Part shown: positions 20,995-31,027 of the stretch, one piece after another | Numbering within the stretch: the stretch's first letter is position 1 | Layout of the letters: every line of letters begins with the position of its first letter | NCBI GenBank assembly: GCA_017503645.1 | Contig: JAFVSR010000062.1 | Coordinates: forward strand, 1,415-65,414 | Origin: Bacteroidaceae bacterium | GTDB taxonomy: Bacteria; Bacteroidota; Bacteroidia; Bacteroidales; Bacteroidaceae | Reading direction: 5' to 3' | Length of the DNA: 64,000 nucleotides | The notes under the pieces: model-generated | Seen by the model: only the letters and a program-made list of their open reading frames with translations | Told to the model about the DNA's origin: nothing | Database searches by the model: none | Translations under genes and position numbers: made by a program

Positions 20995-21795
20995 ATGAAA
21001 GGAGAAACCACACCATATAGAACATTATCCATTCGTATAAGTACGAATGGATTTTGTTTTTGCATATACAATGCCGCCGAGCCCGACTCGGTGCAGTACC
21101 ACTTTCACCGTGCCGATGGCAACAGCAGCCTCTATGCCAACCTGTGCCGCGCCATAGAGGATTGCCCGCTGCCGATGAACGATATCACCGACATTAAGGC
21201 CATAATTGCCACAAACGACTTCACCACCCTGCCGGCCGAGTATGACGAAAAGCAGAACCACAAGATTTATTACCGTTGCTGCTTTCCAAAGGCCGACACC
21301 AATGTGGAGATAATTGCCAACAGACTGACGGCACACAACCTCACCGTGCTGTTTCCCGTGGAGAAGAACATATACAACCGCCTGGCACAGATGGGTAATG
21401 TGAGCTATTACACACCGGCAAGCATACTGCCCGGTTACATAGCAAGCAAGCCTCTTGCCGGCGACAGATATATGCTTGCCTACTATTGCGAGGAGGGTTC
21501 CCTGCTCCTTTCCATTAACAACGGACACGTGGAGCTCATAAACAGTTTTGGCACGGCCGACAACCACAACCAGCTATACTACCTGTTGGCCATTTGGAAG
21601 GCGCAAGGGCTGTCGCAAACCCACGACACCCTCTACCTGTGCGGCAACAAAAGGGTGGAAGAACTATCCACCGCATTGGCACAATTCATACGCCACAGAG
21701 AACGTATAAACCCGGGAGCACTGTTCCCGCCCAACCTGTTAAACCGAATAGGCAATATACCATTTGACCTGCAAGCACTACTACTATGCGAATAA
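20995..21795 (+). CDS. DUF3822-family protein
   Basis: Start at MKGETTPY. LSIRISTNGFCFCIY is the characteristic DUF3822 N-terminus. Conserved position upstream of rsmD in Bacteroidota. Confidence 0.75.
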   Translation: MKGETTPYRTLSIRISTNGFCFCIYNAAEPDSVQYHFHRADGNSSLYANLCRAIEDCPLPMNDITDIKAIIATNDFTTLPAEYDEKQNHKIYYRCCFPKADTNVEIIANRLTAHNLTVLFPVEKNIYNRLAQMGNVSYYTPASILPGYIASKPLAGDRYMLAYYCEEGSLLLSINNGHVELINSFGTADNHNQLYYLLAIWKAQGLSQTHDTLYLCGNKRVEELSTALAQFIRHRERINPGALFPPNLLNRIGNIPFDLQALLLCE

Positions 21796-22328
21796 TAAGC
21801 GGAAAATACAAGGGCCGTCATTTCGACATACCACGCAACTTCAAGGCACGCCCCACAACCGATTTTGCCAAAGAGAACCTGTTCAATATCCTATGTAATA
21901 TTATGGATTTCGAGGAGGTTGATGCACTGGACCTCTTTTCGGGTACAGGCAGCATAAGTCTGGAGTTGCTGTCGCGTGGCTGTGCCTCGGTTACATCGGT
22001 GGAACTGGAGCCCCTCCATTTCACCCACCTGCGAAAAAGCGCCTCAGCCCTTAGCGACGACAACTGGCGCCTTGTACGCGACGATGTCTTTCGCTACATA
22101 CGCCGTTGCACTGCAAGTTACGATTTCATTTTTGCCGACCCTCCATATGCGTTAAAGGAGCTAAAGGATATTCCGCAACTCGTTTTAGAATCGAATATGT
22201 TAAAGGAGGGTGGTCTTTTCATTTTTGAACACGGCAAGGACAATGACTTCAGTGACAACCCGCACTTCTTCCGACACGTTGCATACGGCAGTGTGAACTT
22301 CACATTCTTCAAAAAGGGAGGAGAATAG
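21786..22328 (+). CDS. rsmD: 16S rRNA (guanine966-N2)-methyltransferase RsmD
   Basis: MRIISGKYKGR.., SAM motif DLFSGTGSISLELLSRG, catalytic DPPY. Confidence 0.88.
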   Translation: MRIISGKYKGRHFDIPRNFKARPTTDFAKENLFNILCNIMDFEEVDALDLFSGTGSISLELLSRGCASVTSVELEPLHFTHLRKSASALSDDNWRLVRDDVFRYIRRCTASYDFIFADPPYALKELKDIPQLVLESNMLKEGGLFIFEHGKDNDFSDNPHFFRHVAYGSVNFTFFKKGGE

Positions 22329-22332
22329 ATTA

Positions 22333-23766
22333 TTACAAAATGGGCGAGAAGAGGCGCGCTGCCGATTCCAGGCAACGGCGTGCAAACGGACGAGCCGCAT
22401 AACTGCGCGCCGTGAGCGTCAGCGAACTCTTTTCGTCAGTAATAAAGAGATTCTTCAATTTGCCGGCCACTGCAGCATCATACACAAAAGCACTTACTTC
22501 GAAATTATAGTAGAAGCTGCGAAAATCGAAATTGGCCGAACCAACCGAGGATATCACATCGTCGCTCACCACTGTTTTGCAGTGCAGCATACCACCATTA
22601 TAAAGCAGCACCTTGACACCCGCCTCGAGCAGTGTTCCAAGATAGGAGTAGGAGGCATAGTCGGCCAGGCGGCTGTCGGAACGCCGTGGAATCATAAGCC
22701 TCACATCCACCCCCGAAAGCGCGGCATTGCGCATTGCAAGAATAATGGAGTCGGTGAGGGCCAGATATGGGGTTTGTATATATACATATTCGCGTGCAGC
22801 ACCTATCAACATCACAAGCGACGACATAATCACACGATTGCTACCCACAGGATTGGACTGCGCCACCTGCACCATTGCACCACCCTGCGGCAGGGCCTGC
22901 GGGAAATAGCGCTTGCCGCTAACCAATGAATTATTGGCAAAATACCAATCTATGAGGAACGAGGTTTGCAGGCCGTGAACAGCAGCACCGCTTATTGCCA
23001 GCATAGTGTCGCGCCAAGCACCCTGCGCTGTTCCTTTCACATATCTGTCGGCCAGATTACAGCCTCCCACAAAGCCCACACTGCCATCCACAACAACCAC
23101 CTTGCGATGGTTACGATAGTTGAGCCTGTCGCCCAGGATGGGGAACCTCACCTGCAGGAATGCCTCTACCTGCCCGCCTGCAAAACGTATCTCCTCGAAA
23201 AAAGCGCGAGGCACACTCCAACAGCCCACGCTGTCGTATATCACGCGCACCTCAACCCCTTCGCGCGCTTTTGCAGCCAGAGCATCGCGCACACGGGTAC
23301 CCAACTCATCATTCTCAAATATATAGAATTGCAGGTGAATATGCTCCCTTGCTGCGGCTATGGCAGATAGCAGTTCTTCCACAAAAACAGCGGTGGAGCC
23401 TATTACACGCACATTGCTGCCTGCCACGGGATAGGCCGAAGCGGTATTTTCGAGATAGGCGACAAGATGCGAATATTTGGCAGGCGGCACCACTCCACCT
23501 TGCGAGCGATAGTAAAGATGGCTGCGTTGCTGTATCTGCGACAGAGAACGGCGGTTTATATATTTCTGTTTTCTGGTGTTACGCCCGAAAAAGAAATATA
23601 GCAACAGCCCCAAAAATGGAATAAAGAGCAGCACCATTATCCAGGCAAGCGTTCTTATGGGGTTGCGGTTGTCGAGCACCACATACACCATTACAAACAC
23701 CGCCATAATATTGTTTATAAGGTATAGATAACCAAAAAGCCCGTCTATGTTCAGCAGTTGTTCCAT
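22333..23766 (-). CDS. cls: Cardiolipin synthase
   Basis: Two N-terminal TM helices. Two PLD HKD motifs (HRKVVVVDG, HCKTVVSDD). Confidence 0.92.
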   Translation of the reverse strand: MEQLLNIDGLFGYLYLINNIMAVFVMVYVVLDNRNPIRTLAWIMVLLFIPFLGLLLYFFFGRNTRKQKYINRRSLSQIQQRSHLYYRSQGGVVPPAKYSHLVAYLENTASAYPVAGSNVRVIGSTAVFVEELLSAIAAAREHIHLQFYIFENDELGTRVRDALAAKAREGVEVRVIYDSVGCWSVPRAFFEEIRFAGGQVEAFLQVRFPILGDRLNYRNHRKVVVVDGSVGFVGGCNLADRYVKGTAQGAWRDTMLAISGAAVHGLQTSFLIDWYFANNSLVSGKRYFPQALPQGGAMVQVAQSNPVGSNRVIMSSLVMLIGAAREYVYIQTPYLALTDSIILAMRNAALSGVDVRLMIPRRSDSRLADYASYSYLGTLLEAGVKVLLYNGGMLHCKTVVSDDVISSVGSANFDFRSFYYNFEVSAFVYDAAVAGKLKNLFITDEKSSLTLTARSYAARPFARRCLESAARLFSPIL

Positions 23767-23813
23767 TAAGGAGGAAATGACTATTGGGCTAAATTAGGCA
23801 TAAAAAATATAAA

Positions 23814-23841
23814 AGCCATAAAAACCGCGGTTTTTATGGCT
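23814..23841 (-). terminator. Intrinsic terminator downstream of the outer-membrane protein gene
   Basis: Perfect palindrome AGCCATAAAAACCGCGGTTTTTATGGCT flanked by A/T runs. Confidence 0.6.
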
Positions 23842-23859
23842 TTTTAACCTTTCATTGCT

Positions 23860-26775
23860 TTAGAAACGGCCACCACCGAAGCCGCCGCCAAAACCACCGG
23901 GAGGGCCATATGGGCGACCGCCGCCATTGTACTCCCGTGCTCCGCGGCCTCGCTCTCTATCGCCACCTTCGTGCCCCATCTGGTTGAATTTATATACAAG
24001 GTGGAACATACAGTAGCTATAGATGGAGTTATTCTCGCTATCGCTGCGCGATGTGGCCGATATGGCACGCGACACATTGCTCTGCTCTTGCAGTATATCG
24101 TACATACGGAACGAGAGGGTGAGCGCATTCTTCTCTAAGAAGCTCATAGATACCTGCGCGTTCCACAGCAGTTCGTTGGTATTGAACTGCGGGTCGCTGT
24201 ATCCGCGACGGCTGCTCATCGACAGGTTGGTGGAGAACTGGAGATTCTGCCACGGCAAGCGTACCGTGGTACTGGGGCCGTAGGAGAAGTTCCAGGTATC
24301 CATATTGTTTTCGGGGCGCATACTGTATGTGCTGTGCGAATATAAAAGGCGCCCGTCGAGCGAGAGGTCGAAATAGTCGGAACGGTATGAGGCATTGAGC
24401 GACTCACCCACATCTACCGTTTCGGCAATATTGCGCACACTGTTTTTGCTTGCTGTGGTACTTATATAACCTACATTATGCTTGTAGCCAAGCGTGGTAG
24501 ATGTGCTATAGGTATATTGTTTGTTCTGCGGCAGTGCCGAATTGAAGTTGAAGCCTCCGCTTATATTCCAGTTACCATTGATATTGTCGGGCTGGCTTGT
24601 GGTGACACCGGTAGCCTCGTCATAGGTCATTTTGCGCTCTATGCTGTTGAGCGTGTAGCCAAAGCGCATATTGGCGCTGATGGTACGCTGCTTGTCGGGG
24701 TTGTTGGTTGTGAAGTCGGCGTTCATATTGTTATTGAACGAAGGCTTAAGCCCAGGGTTACCCTTTGTAATGTTCAAGGGATTGGAGTCGTCGGTAATAT
24801 CGAGCATATCGGTCATCGAAGGCTGCGACATAGAGCCGCGATACCTAACCCTGAGGCTTGTGGTTTTGGACCAACGATAACGGAAATGTATGTTAGGCGA
24901 CACGTTGTGCACGGTGCGCTTAACTTTGGTGTCGAGGCCCAGGTACTTGTATTCCATCTCGGTTTGCACGGGTTGCCACGACACACCTGCGCTGAGGTTG
25001 GCCTTGGAGGTTATGTAGCGCAACATAATCTGCGCATCGTGGCGCATATTGCGATACACCGAATAGCGGCTCTGCTCTTGGTCGAAATACTGCTCATAAT
25101 CCTCGGGCAGGATGGGCTTGCCGTAATGGTGATTCATATACATCTCGTAGCTGTCGAGATTGTCGAACACATAGGTCGAACGGTCGCTGTTCTGGTAGCT
25201 GTAATTGAAACTGTAATTGAGCTGCAGGAACAGATTTTTAAGAAGAGGCTCGGTGTAGCTGCCGCGTAGCGAATAGCTCCAGTTCTTGTTGGGGGTTGTG
25301 GAGTAACGTTTCCTATCGGTGGCCCTGCCGGCATCGGTGGAGCGGTAATAATTGACATCGTTCATCGAGTACGAATCGCTCTCGCTTTGGCTGTACGACA
25401 CATTTCCACGGAAGGTGACATTGCGCCCGGGCTTTTCGAGACGACGGTTAAGCATAAGGCTGGCATTTACCGAACGGCTGTCGGAAAGGCCGAGGCTCTC
25501 GCTGCTGTTGCGGTTAATGGCTATCTCCTCGAACTCGGGCAGCACTTCGCCAAATTCCGCTTTGGGGTAGGTACCGTAATCGAAGGGATTCTCGTCGAAC
25601 ATTGCCGAAAGGCTCCTTGAATAGTTCTCGTTCTTTGAATATGAGATTGCGGGCTGGAAAATGAGGCGTGTCATTGTATCGGGTTTCCACTCTAAACGGA
25701 AATTGGCATTCAAGCCCAAAGTGTGCCCAAAGCGGGTGCTGTTGCTGTTGCTGAACTGGTTCTTGGCATCACCCACCATAAAACGCTCACTCGAGGTATA
25801 GCTTCTTGAGTCGCTGTTGTTATGGTTAAAGCGCACATTTCCACCAAATTCCACGGTATCGTTTCCTGTAACAAAATTAAAACCACCCATCTTGGCATTA
25901 TTAAGACCGCCGCCACGACCGCCGCCCGACATACCGCGGTCGTTGGTGTTATTGGCCGACAGGATGAGAGTGTAACGCTGCGTATCGGTAAAATAGTTGG
26001 CTATTCCTTTTGCACTGTAACGGTCTTTGGTTCCATAGCCCAAATCGGCATTGGCAAAGATACCCTCCTCCACGTCGCGGCGCATTTGCAGGTCGAGCAC
26101 AGTTTCCTCCTCGCCATCGTCGATGCCTGTAATGCGGGCGAAATCGCTCTTTTTATCGTAGAACTTAACTTTATCTACTACATCCACGGGGATGTTCTTA
26201 AGCGCCATATCCTTGTCGGTGCCGAAGAAATCCTTGCCCTTCATAAGAATGCGTGACACCGTTTTACCGTTTATTTTTATGGTACCATCGTCGCTTATCT
26301 CCACACCGGGGTATTTTTTTATCAGTTCCTCAAGCATTGAGCCTGCAGGCACGCGGAAGGCCGCGGTATTATAGACCGTGGTATCCTCGGACACCGTGAT
26401 GGGTGGCACCTCGGCTGTAACCTCGGCGCCTTTTAGAAGAACCACATCGGGGCTCAGGACAAGCTTGCCTATATTGGTATTCTTGCCCTCGGCTATGGTA
26501 ACCTTTTTATCGGCTGTAAGATATCCTACATATGTTGCACGCAAAATATACGAACCCACAGGAGCCACGAGCGAAAAGCCGCCGTGCACATCGGTGGCTA
26601 CACCCGATTTATAAATGGTATCGGGGAGAGCGAGCAATTGCAGGGCTGCAGTCTGCAAGGATTCGCCTGTGTCGGCGGCGGTAACCACGCCGCTCAGCGT
26701 TCCTTTTTTCACCTGTTCCTGCGCTGCAACGGCAAGAACCAACACTGATAGGATAAACGTATATAGATATCTCAT
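23860..26775 (-). CDS. Outer-membrane beta-barrel protein (TonB-dependent-receptor-like, CarboxypepD_reg N-domain)
   Basis: 971 aa. Signal peptide, GTLSGVVTAADTGESL carboxypeptidase-regulatory fold, plug-like region, long beta-strand-rich body, Gly-rich tail ending in F. Confidence 0.85.
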   Translation of the reverse strand: MRYLYTFILSVLVLAVAAQEQVKKGTLSGVVTAADTGESLQTAALQLLALPDTIYKSGVATDVHGGFSLVAPVGSYILRATYVGYLTADKKVTIAEGKNTNIGKLVLSPDVVLLKGAEVTAEVPPITVSEDTTVYNTAAFRVPAGSMLEELIKKYPGVEISDDGTIKINGKTVSRILMKGKDFFGTDKDMALKNIPVDVVDKVKFYDKKSDFARITGIDDGEEETVLDLQMRRDVEEGIFANADLGYGTKDRYSAKGIANYFTDTQRYTLILSANNTNDRGMSGGGRGGGLNNAKMGGFNFVTGNDTVEFGGNVRFNHNNSDSRSYTSSERFMVGDAKNQFSNSNSTRFGHTLGLNANFRLEWKPDTMTRLIFQPAISYSKNENYSRSLSAMFDENPFDYGTYPKAEFGEVLPEFEEIAINRNSSESLGLSDSRSVNASLMLNRRLEKPGRNVTFRGNVSYSQSESDSYSMNDVNYYRSTDAGRATDRKRYSTTPNKNWSYSLRGSYTEPLLKNLFLQLNYSFNYSYQNSDRSTYVFDNLDSYEMYMNHHYGKPILPEDYEQYFDQEQSRYSVYRNMRHDAQIMLRYITSKANLSAGVSWQPVQTEMEYKYLGLDTKVKRTVHNVSPNIHFRYRWSKTTSLRVRYRGSMSQPSMTDMLDITDDSNPLNITKGNPGLKPSFNNNMNADFTTNNPDKQRTISANMRFGYTLNSIERKMTYDEATGVTTSQPDNINGNWNISGGFNFNSALPQNKQYTYSTSTTLGYKHNVGYISTTASKNSVRNIAETVDVGESLNASYRSDYFDLSLDGRLLYSHSTYSMRPENNMDTWNFSYGPSTTVRLPWQNLQFSTNLSMSSRRGYSDPQFNTNELLWNAQVSMSFLEKNALTLSFRMYDILQEQSNVSRAISATSRSDSENNSIYSYCMFHLVYKFNQMGHEGGDRERGRGAREYNGGGRPYGPPGGFGGGFGGGRF

Positions 26776-26949
26776 AGCTTTGTAAAATATTTGCGTACTT
26801 TGCTTTGACTCGAAAAAGCCTGTTTGGTTTAATTAAAAATATACATTTTTATCTGCTTTTAATATAAAGGCATAAGTGCGTGTCAAGCGTAAAAATAGAA
26901 AATTATTTACAGAAACCAAAAGCGTTGCTTAAAATAAGGAAGAATTAGT

Positions 26950-26957
26950 TACTTTTG
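26950..26957 (+). promoter_or_regulatory. Putative -7 promoter box (TACTTTTG)
   Basis: Exact TAnnTTTG match 20 nt upstream of the ATG at 26978. Confidence 0.4.
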
Positions 26958-26977
26958 CAGCAAAAGAAACGTGCGAA

Positions 26978-27358
26978 ATGAACCATCCATTTGAATTGCT
27001 ATCCACAATCACTGCACAGCCGGCAAACAAAGAGTTCGGCCGGCCAATAGCACAAGCTATGCAGGCCGCGTTCGGCAGCAAGGCAAGCGAAGAGGAATAC
27101 ACCGCCGCAGGCATCATATGCGCGCTCTTCCTCTCGGCCATTCTTGCAGAATTTTCCACAATCAAAATGCACACATACGTGAAGAACTACCGCGATGGCA
27201 ACAAACCCTTCTCATTCGACTGCAAAAGCTACGACAAGATAGCCGACAACATAAACTGCTATCGATTGTTGTTGATAGACAAGGATATGCAATACATAGA
27301 ACGCGAAATCACAAAACAGGATTTATTGGAATCTTTAGATTTTTTCACTAATCGTTAA
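26978..27358 (+). CDS. Hypothetical protein (126 aa)
   Basis: ORF preceded by a promoter-like box. One hydrophobic segment (AAGIICALFLSAILAEF). I recognise no family. Confidence 0.55.
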   Translation: MNHPFELLSTITAQPANKEFGRPIAQAMQAAFGSKASEEEYTAAGIICALFLSAILAEFSTIKMHTYVKNYRDGNKPFSFDCKSYDKIADNINCYRLLLIDKDMQYIEREITKQDLLESLDFFTNR

Positions 27359-27402
27359 CACGCAGCCAAATAGAAAAATTTTGCATAATCAAAGAAAATG
27401 AT

Positions 27403-27410
27403 TATGTTTG
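27403..27410 (+). promoter_or_regulatory. Putative -7 promoter box (TATGTTTG)
   Basis: Exact TAnnTTTG match 48 nt upstream of the ATG at 27459. Confidence 0.35.
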
Positions 27411-27458
27411 CACGATTATACATTTTGCTCACCAACTCAGATACAAACCCATAACACA

Positions 27459-28406
27459 ATGAAAAAGATTTTTTATTTCCTCTTACCATTGACAATCATT
27501 GCTACATCCATCTGCTCTTGCAGCAGCGATGACAGCAGTTACAATCCATATTTTCATCAAGAGAAAAGCCCCTTCTACCCCAATGAGATAAGAATAGAAA
27601 AGCAGAGCGGTAAAAGGGATATATCGGAAAAATGGACATTCGAGTACAACACCGATAGAACCATAAGCGCATATACCCACGAAACTACCACAAAGCAGCA
27701 GAAGGAGGGATACGTAGAAACCACCGTGGAAAAAGAGAGCGGCAACCTCTCCTATTACAACAACGGCAACATTGTAAATGTAATAAGCGCCGAAAAGGAG
27801 ATATTCGGGTACGACTATCAGAAATACAGCAAGGAGAGAATCATTGAAAATGTACAGTGCGTCGAGGGGCGTATCACAGCCATTGAGCGTATGATTGACA
27901 GCTATAACAAGGATGGCGTGAAAACAAGCTCTACCACCACAAACAGAACCTTCGAATATGCAGGTGAACATTGCGTGGCAAGCATATATACCGACTGGGA
28001 CAATGCCGCAGGACACATCACCCACACATATACATACAACTGGGATGGCGATTGCAGGCTCGCAAGCATCGACATAGACGAAAAGGGCGGCGATTCAAGA
28101 ACCCGCAAGACGTATAACTATACTTATGGCAAGTTGGGTACCAACCACGTGTTCCAGGCAAACGCCTTTTTGTACAACCATATGCCACAAATATATGCCG
28201 CTATGGGATATATGGGCAAGGATTGTCCTTACACACTGTACCGGGAAGAGCAGGTGTTCAAACTGTTTATCGATGGCAGATGGGAGGTGGACAACTCTGC
28301 CGACAACAAGATATTCACACTCATAAACAATGGCACCGACGAATTCAAGTACGACATTTCATCGGACATATACAGCACAAACTACGATATAAAGTTCATT
28401 AAGTAG
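27459..28406 (+). CDS. Hypothetical lipoprotein
   Basis: Start at MKKIFYFLLPLTIIATSICSCSS (lipobox-type Cys). The ORF-track TTG start at 27408 is less likely. Repetitive Y/T/N-rich beta-type sequence. Confidence 0.75.
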   Translation: MKKIFYFLLPLTIIATSICSCSSDDSSYNPYFHQEKSPFYPNEIRIEKQSGKRDISEKWTFEYNTDRTISAYTHETTTKQQKEGYVETTVEKESGNLSYYNNGNIVNVISAEKEIFGYDYQKYSKERIIENVQCVEGRITAIERMIDSYNKDGVKTSSTTTNRTFEYAGEHCVASIYTDWDNAAGHITHTYTYNWDGDCRLASIDIDEKGGDSRTRKTYNYTYGKLGTNHVFQANAFLYNHMPQIYAAMGYMGKDCPYTLYREEQVFKLFIDGRWEVDNSADNKIFTLINNGTDEFKYDISSDIYSTNYDIKFIK

Positions 28407-28411
28407 AACAT

Positions 28412-29056
28412 ATGAGTAAAAAATATAAAGACCGCAGCGATGCCGACATCATAGGTGAGCTCACAAGCAACAACCCCGATGCCGGCCTGGTCGATTATTT
28501 CTTCTTTGATTTGTGCAAAAAGTTGCTTAAGGACATCTCAAAAGTCACACGCAACGACGAAAATTACAGAGCACTTATAGGTGAATTCTACGAATACCTG
28601 AGCGAGAATAACTGGAAAGTGTTGCGCCAGTATCAGGGAAGGAACAATGCCACACTTATGTACTACCTGTCATACTGTGCCAACAATCATTTTATGGCTC
28701 TCAAAAACATAAAGAACAAATTCATAGAGAACCCCGATTATGAGTTTGTAGATATATGTGACGAGATAGATGACGAAAAGGAGTTGCTGTGCAAGGCCGT
28801 GGCACAAGCCTATGGTATGCTCAAGGAGAACCATCAAAAAACTCTTGAGTACCTTGTTATTAAAGGACAAAGCACCTTGGAGGCAGCCGACACCCTGTGG
28901 CAATACACCAAGCACAAGGATACCGACTGGCGCACACTGCCCGCAAAGAAGGTACAGGACACGCTTGCAGCAAGCAAAAGGAATGCTTGTAACCAACTTT
29001 TCAACACGACCAACAAGGTTATAGAAAAATTAAGAAACTGCGATATCGCGACTTGA
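28412..29056 (+). CDS. Divergent sigma-70/ECF-like protein (tentative)
   Basis: LIGEFYEYLSENNWKVLRQYQGRNNATLMYYLSYCANNHFMALKNIK resembles sigma region 2. LKENHQKTLEYLVIKGQSTLEAADTLW resembles the region 4 HTH. Lies 5 nt after the lipoprotein gene. Confidence 0.5.
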   Translation: MSKKYKDRSDADIIGELTSNNPDAGLVDYFFFDLCKKLLKDISKVTRNDENYRALIGEFYEYLSENNWKVLRQYQGRNNATLMYYLSYCANNHFMALKNIKNKFIENPDYEFVDICDEIDDEKELLCKAVAQAYGMLKENHQKTLEYLVIKGQSTLEAADTLWQYTKHKDTDWRTLPAKKVQDTLAASKRNACNQLFNTTNKVIEKLRNCDIAT

Positions 29057-29065
29057 CTTACCATA

Positions 29066-29097
29066 AACTAAAAACGGCCATATGGCCGTTTTTAGTT
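29066..29097. terminator. Bidirectional intrinsic terminator
   Basis: Perfect palindrome AACTAAAAACGGCCATATGGCCGTTTTTAGTT between the convergent sigma-like gene and the GT2 gene. Overlaps the GT2 stop. Confidence 0.65.
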
Positions 29098-29902
29098 ATT
29101 CCAAATATTTATCTATTCCGTTCTCAATCCTTATTCTGCCTGTAGCGCTGTTGCTCTCTCTCAATGCTACATTGTGGCTCCAGAGTTCATCGTCGAACTT
29201 GCTTTCGGTTTCTTTGTGCCATATGTGGTACTCTATGCAACTGAATTTTATAGTGCGTTTCTTAACGCCGAAAGCACGGATGCGCGCCGACAAATCGATA
29301 TCTTCGTTTCCATAGCCAACCATATCGCCATCGTATCCGTTAACGGCATAGAGGTCGTCGCGCCAGAATGACATATTGCAACCGCGGTCGAGTTTATACA
29401 AGCGGTACTTGTAGAAATATTTGGTGAGCCAAGGAATGCGTATTGCGTTAAACTTGCGTATGACGCCGCAGGTAAAGGGCGAGAGTTTATAAATCTTGCG
29501 CTGTATGAGTTTTTTTGTAAAAGGCTCGGTGAGTTTTGCACGGGAACCGCTAATGTAATAACCACGCTCGGCGTGACGTATATGGTCCTCAACAAAATGT
29601 GTATCCATAATAATATCTTGCGCTATCTGTATTATATAATCGGATGTACATTTTGCAAAAGCCTTATTGCATATTGTCGCAACACGGAATCCTTTATCCT
29701 CCTGCCACACGTGTATAAGTTTATATGGCAATTGGGGGCGCATTCTGTCAATCAATTGGCGCGTTTCATCGCGAGAGCCATCATCGGCAACAACAACCTC
29801 GTTGGGAAGTATGGTTTGGTTGGCAATGCTCAACAAACAGAGTTCCAGCGCCTGGGGCCAATTGTAGGTGGCAAGTACCACGCTTGTGGTTATGTTTTTC
29901 AT
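29096..29902 (-). CDS. Family 2 glycosyltransferase
   Basis: VVLATYNWPQALELCLLSIANQT, DDGSRDET, and a C-terminal GYGNEDIDL motif. Confidence 0.88.
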   Translation of the reverse strand: MKNITTSVVLATYNWPQALELCLLSIANQTILPNEVVVADDGSRDETRQLIDRMRPQLPYKLIHVWQEDKGFRVATICNKAFAKCTSDYIIQIAQDIIMDTHFVEDHIRHAERGYYISGSRAKLTEPFTKKLIQRKIYKLSPFTCGVIRKFNAIRIPWLTKYFYKYRLYKLDRGCNMSFWRDDLYAVNGYDGDMVGYGNEDIDLSARIRAFGVKKRTIKFSCIEYHIWHKETESKFDDELWSHNVALRESNSATGRIRIENGIDKYLE

Positions 29903-29908
29903 AGTTGT

Positions 29909-31012
29909 TTACTTAAAATTGTTTATAATCTCCACTACCTTGTCGGCATCCTCGATAGAGATTGCCGGACCTATAGGCAGGCTGAGTTCGCGAGCGTGAA
30001 TAGCCTCGGTAATAGGTAACGACATACCATTCCACTCCTTGTAACACTCCTGTTTATGAGGCGGTATGGGGTAATGTATTATTGTCTGCACACCGTTTTC
30101 CTGAAGATAGGCTTGCAGTTCGTCGCGGCGTTCACACAATACAGGGAACTGGTGGAACACATTCTGCTCGACAGGCATTGTAACGGGCATAGCTATAAAA
30201 GGATTCTTTATACCTTTTATATAGCGAGCGGCAATGGCCTTGCGCGCATTGTTCGCATCGACAAGATGACGCAGTTTCACATTGAGCACGGCAGCCTGTA
30301 TCTCGTCGAGACGGCTGTTGCGCCCAGTGTAGTCAAACACATATTTTCTGCTCGAGCCATAATTGGCAAGAGTTCTTACCATCTGGGCGAGTTCACTGTC
30401 ATTGGTTGTTACGGCACCGCCATCGCCCAAAGCGCCAAGATTCTTGCCGGGGTAGAAACTGTGACCGGCCGCATCGCCCAACGAACCTGTGACGCGGCCA
30501 TCGGGCGCCTGGCAACCGTGTGCCTGCGCATTATCCTCTATGAGTTTTAGGTTGTGTTTTTTGCACAAATGGGCTATCTTTTCGGTCCACGCCAAGCGGC
30601 CATAAAGATGCACTATTGTTATGGCGCGCGTACGTGGGGTGATGGCCTCTTCTATGAGGCTGTCATCTATCTGCAACGTATCGATGCTTGGCTCCACCAG
30701 TACAGGCACCAAGCCGTTCTCGGTTATTGCAAGGATAGTTGCTATATATGTATTGGCCGGCACTATAACCTCGTCGCCGGGCTTCATAACACCCATTTCG
30801 ATATAGGCCCTGAAAATCCATATAAGAGCATCGAGACCGTTGGCGCAGCCTATAGTGTGTTTTGTACCTATGAACTGCGAGTAGTTTTTCTCGAACTCCT
30901 CATTTTCGGGACCTTGCAAATACCAGCCGCTCTTCACTACGCGTGCCACAGCCTCGTTTATTTCCGCTTCGTACAAAGCGGTTACATCCTTAAGAGAAAG
31001 AAAAGGTATCAT
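29909..31012 (-). CDS. DegT/DnrJ/EryC1/StrS-family sugar aminotransferase (FdtB/QdtB-like)
   Basis: 367 aa. PLP-lysine context [16 protein letters not shown]. Sits in an operon with an FdtA-like ketoisomerase. Confidence 0.9.
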   Translation of the reverse strand: MIPFLSLKDVTALYEAEINEAVARVVKSGWYLQGPENEEFEKNYSQFIGTKHTIGCANGLDALIWIFRAYIEMGVMKPGDEVIVPANTYIATILAITENGLVPVLVEPSIDTLQIDDSLIEEAITPRTRAITIVHLYGRLAWTEKIAHLCKKHNLKLIEDNAQAHGCQAPDGRVTGSLGDAAGHSFYPGKNLGALGDGGAVTTNDSELAQMVRTLANYGSSRKYVFDYTGRNSRLDEIQAAVLNVKLRHLVDANNARKAIAARYIKGIKNPFIAMPVTMPVEQNVFHQFPVLCERRDELQAYLQENGVQTIIHYPIPPHKQECYKEWNGMSLPITEAIHARELSLPIGPAISIEDADKVVEIINNFK

Positions 31013-31027
31013 ATTTCTGTTTATTTA

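Noticed and set aside
23860-23960. Gly-rich low-complexity C-terminal tail (GGGRPYGPPGGFGGGFGGGRF) of the outer-membrane protein.
   Set aside because: Gly-rich tails ending in an aromatic residue are, to my knowledge, common in this beta-barrel family. This is not a distinct feature.
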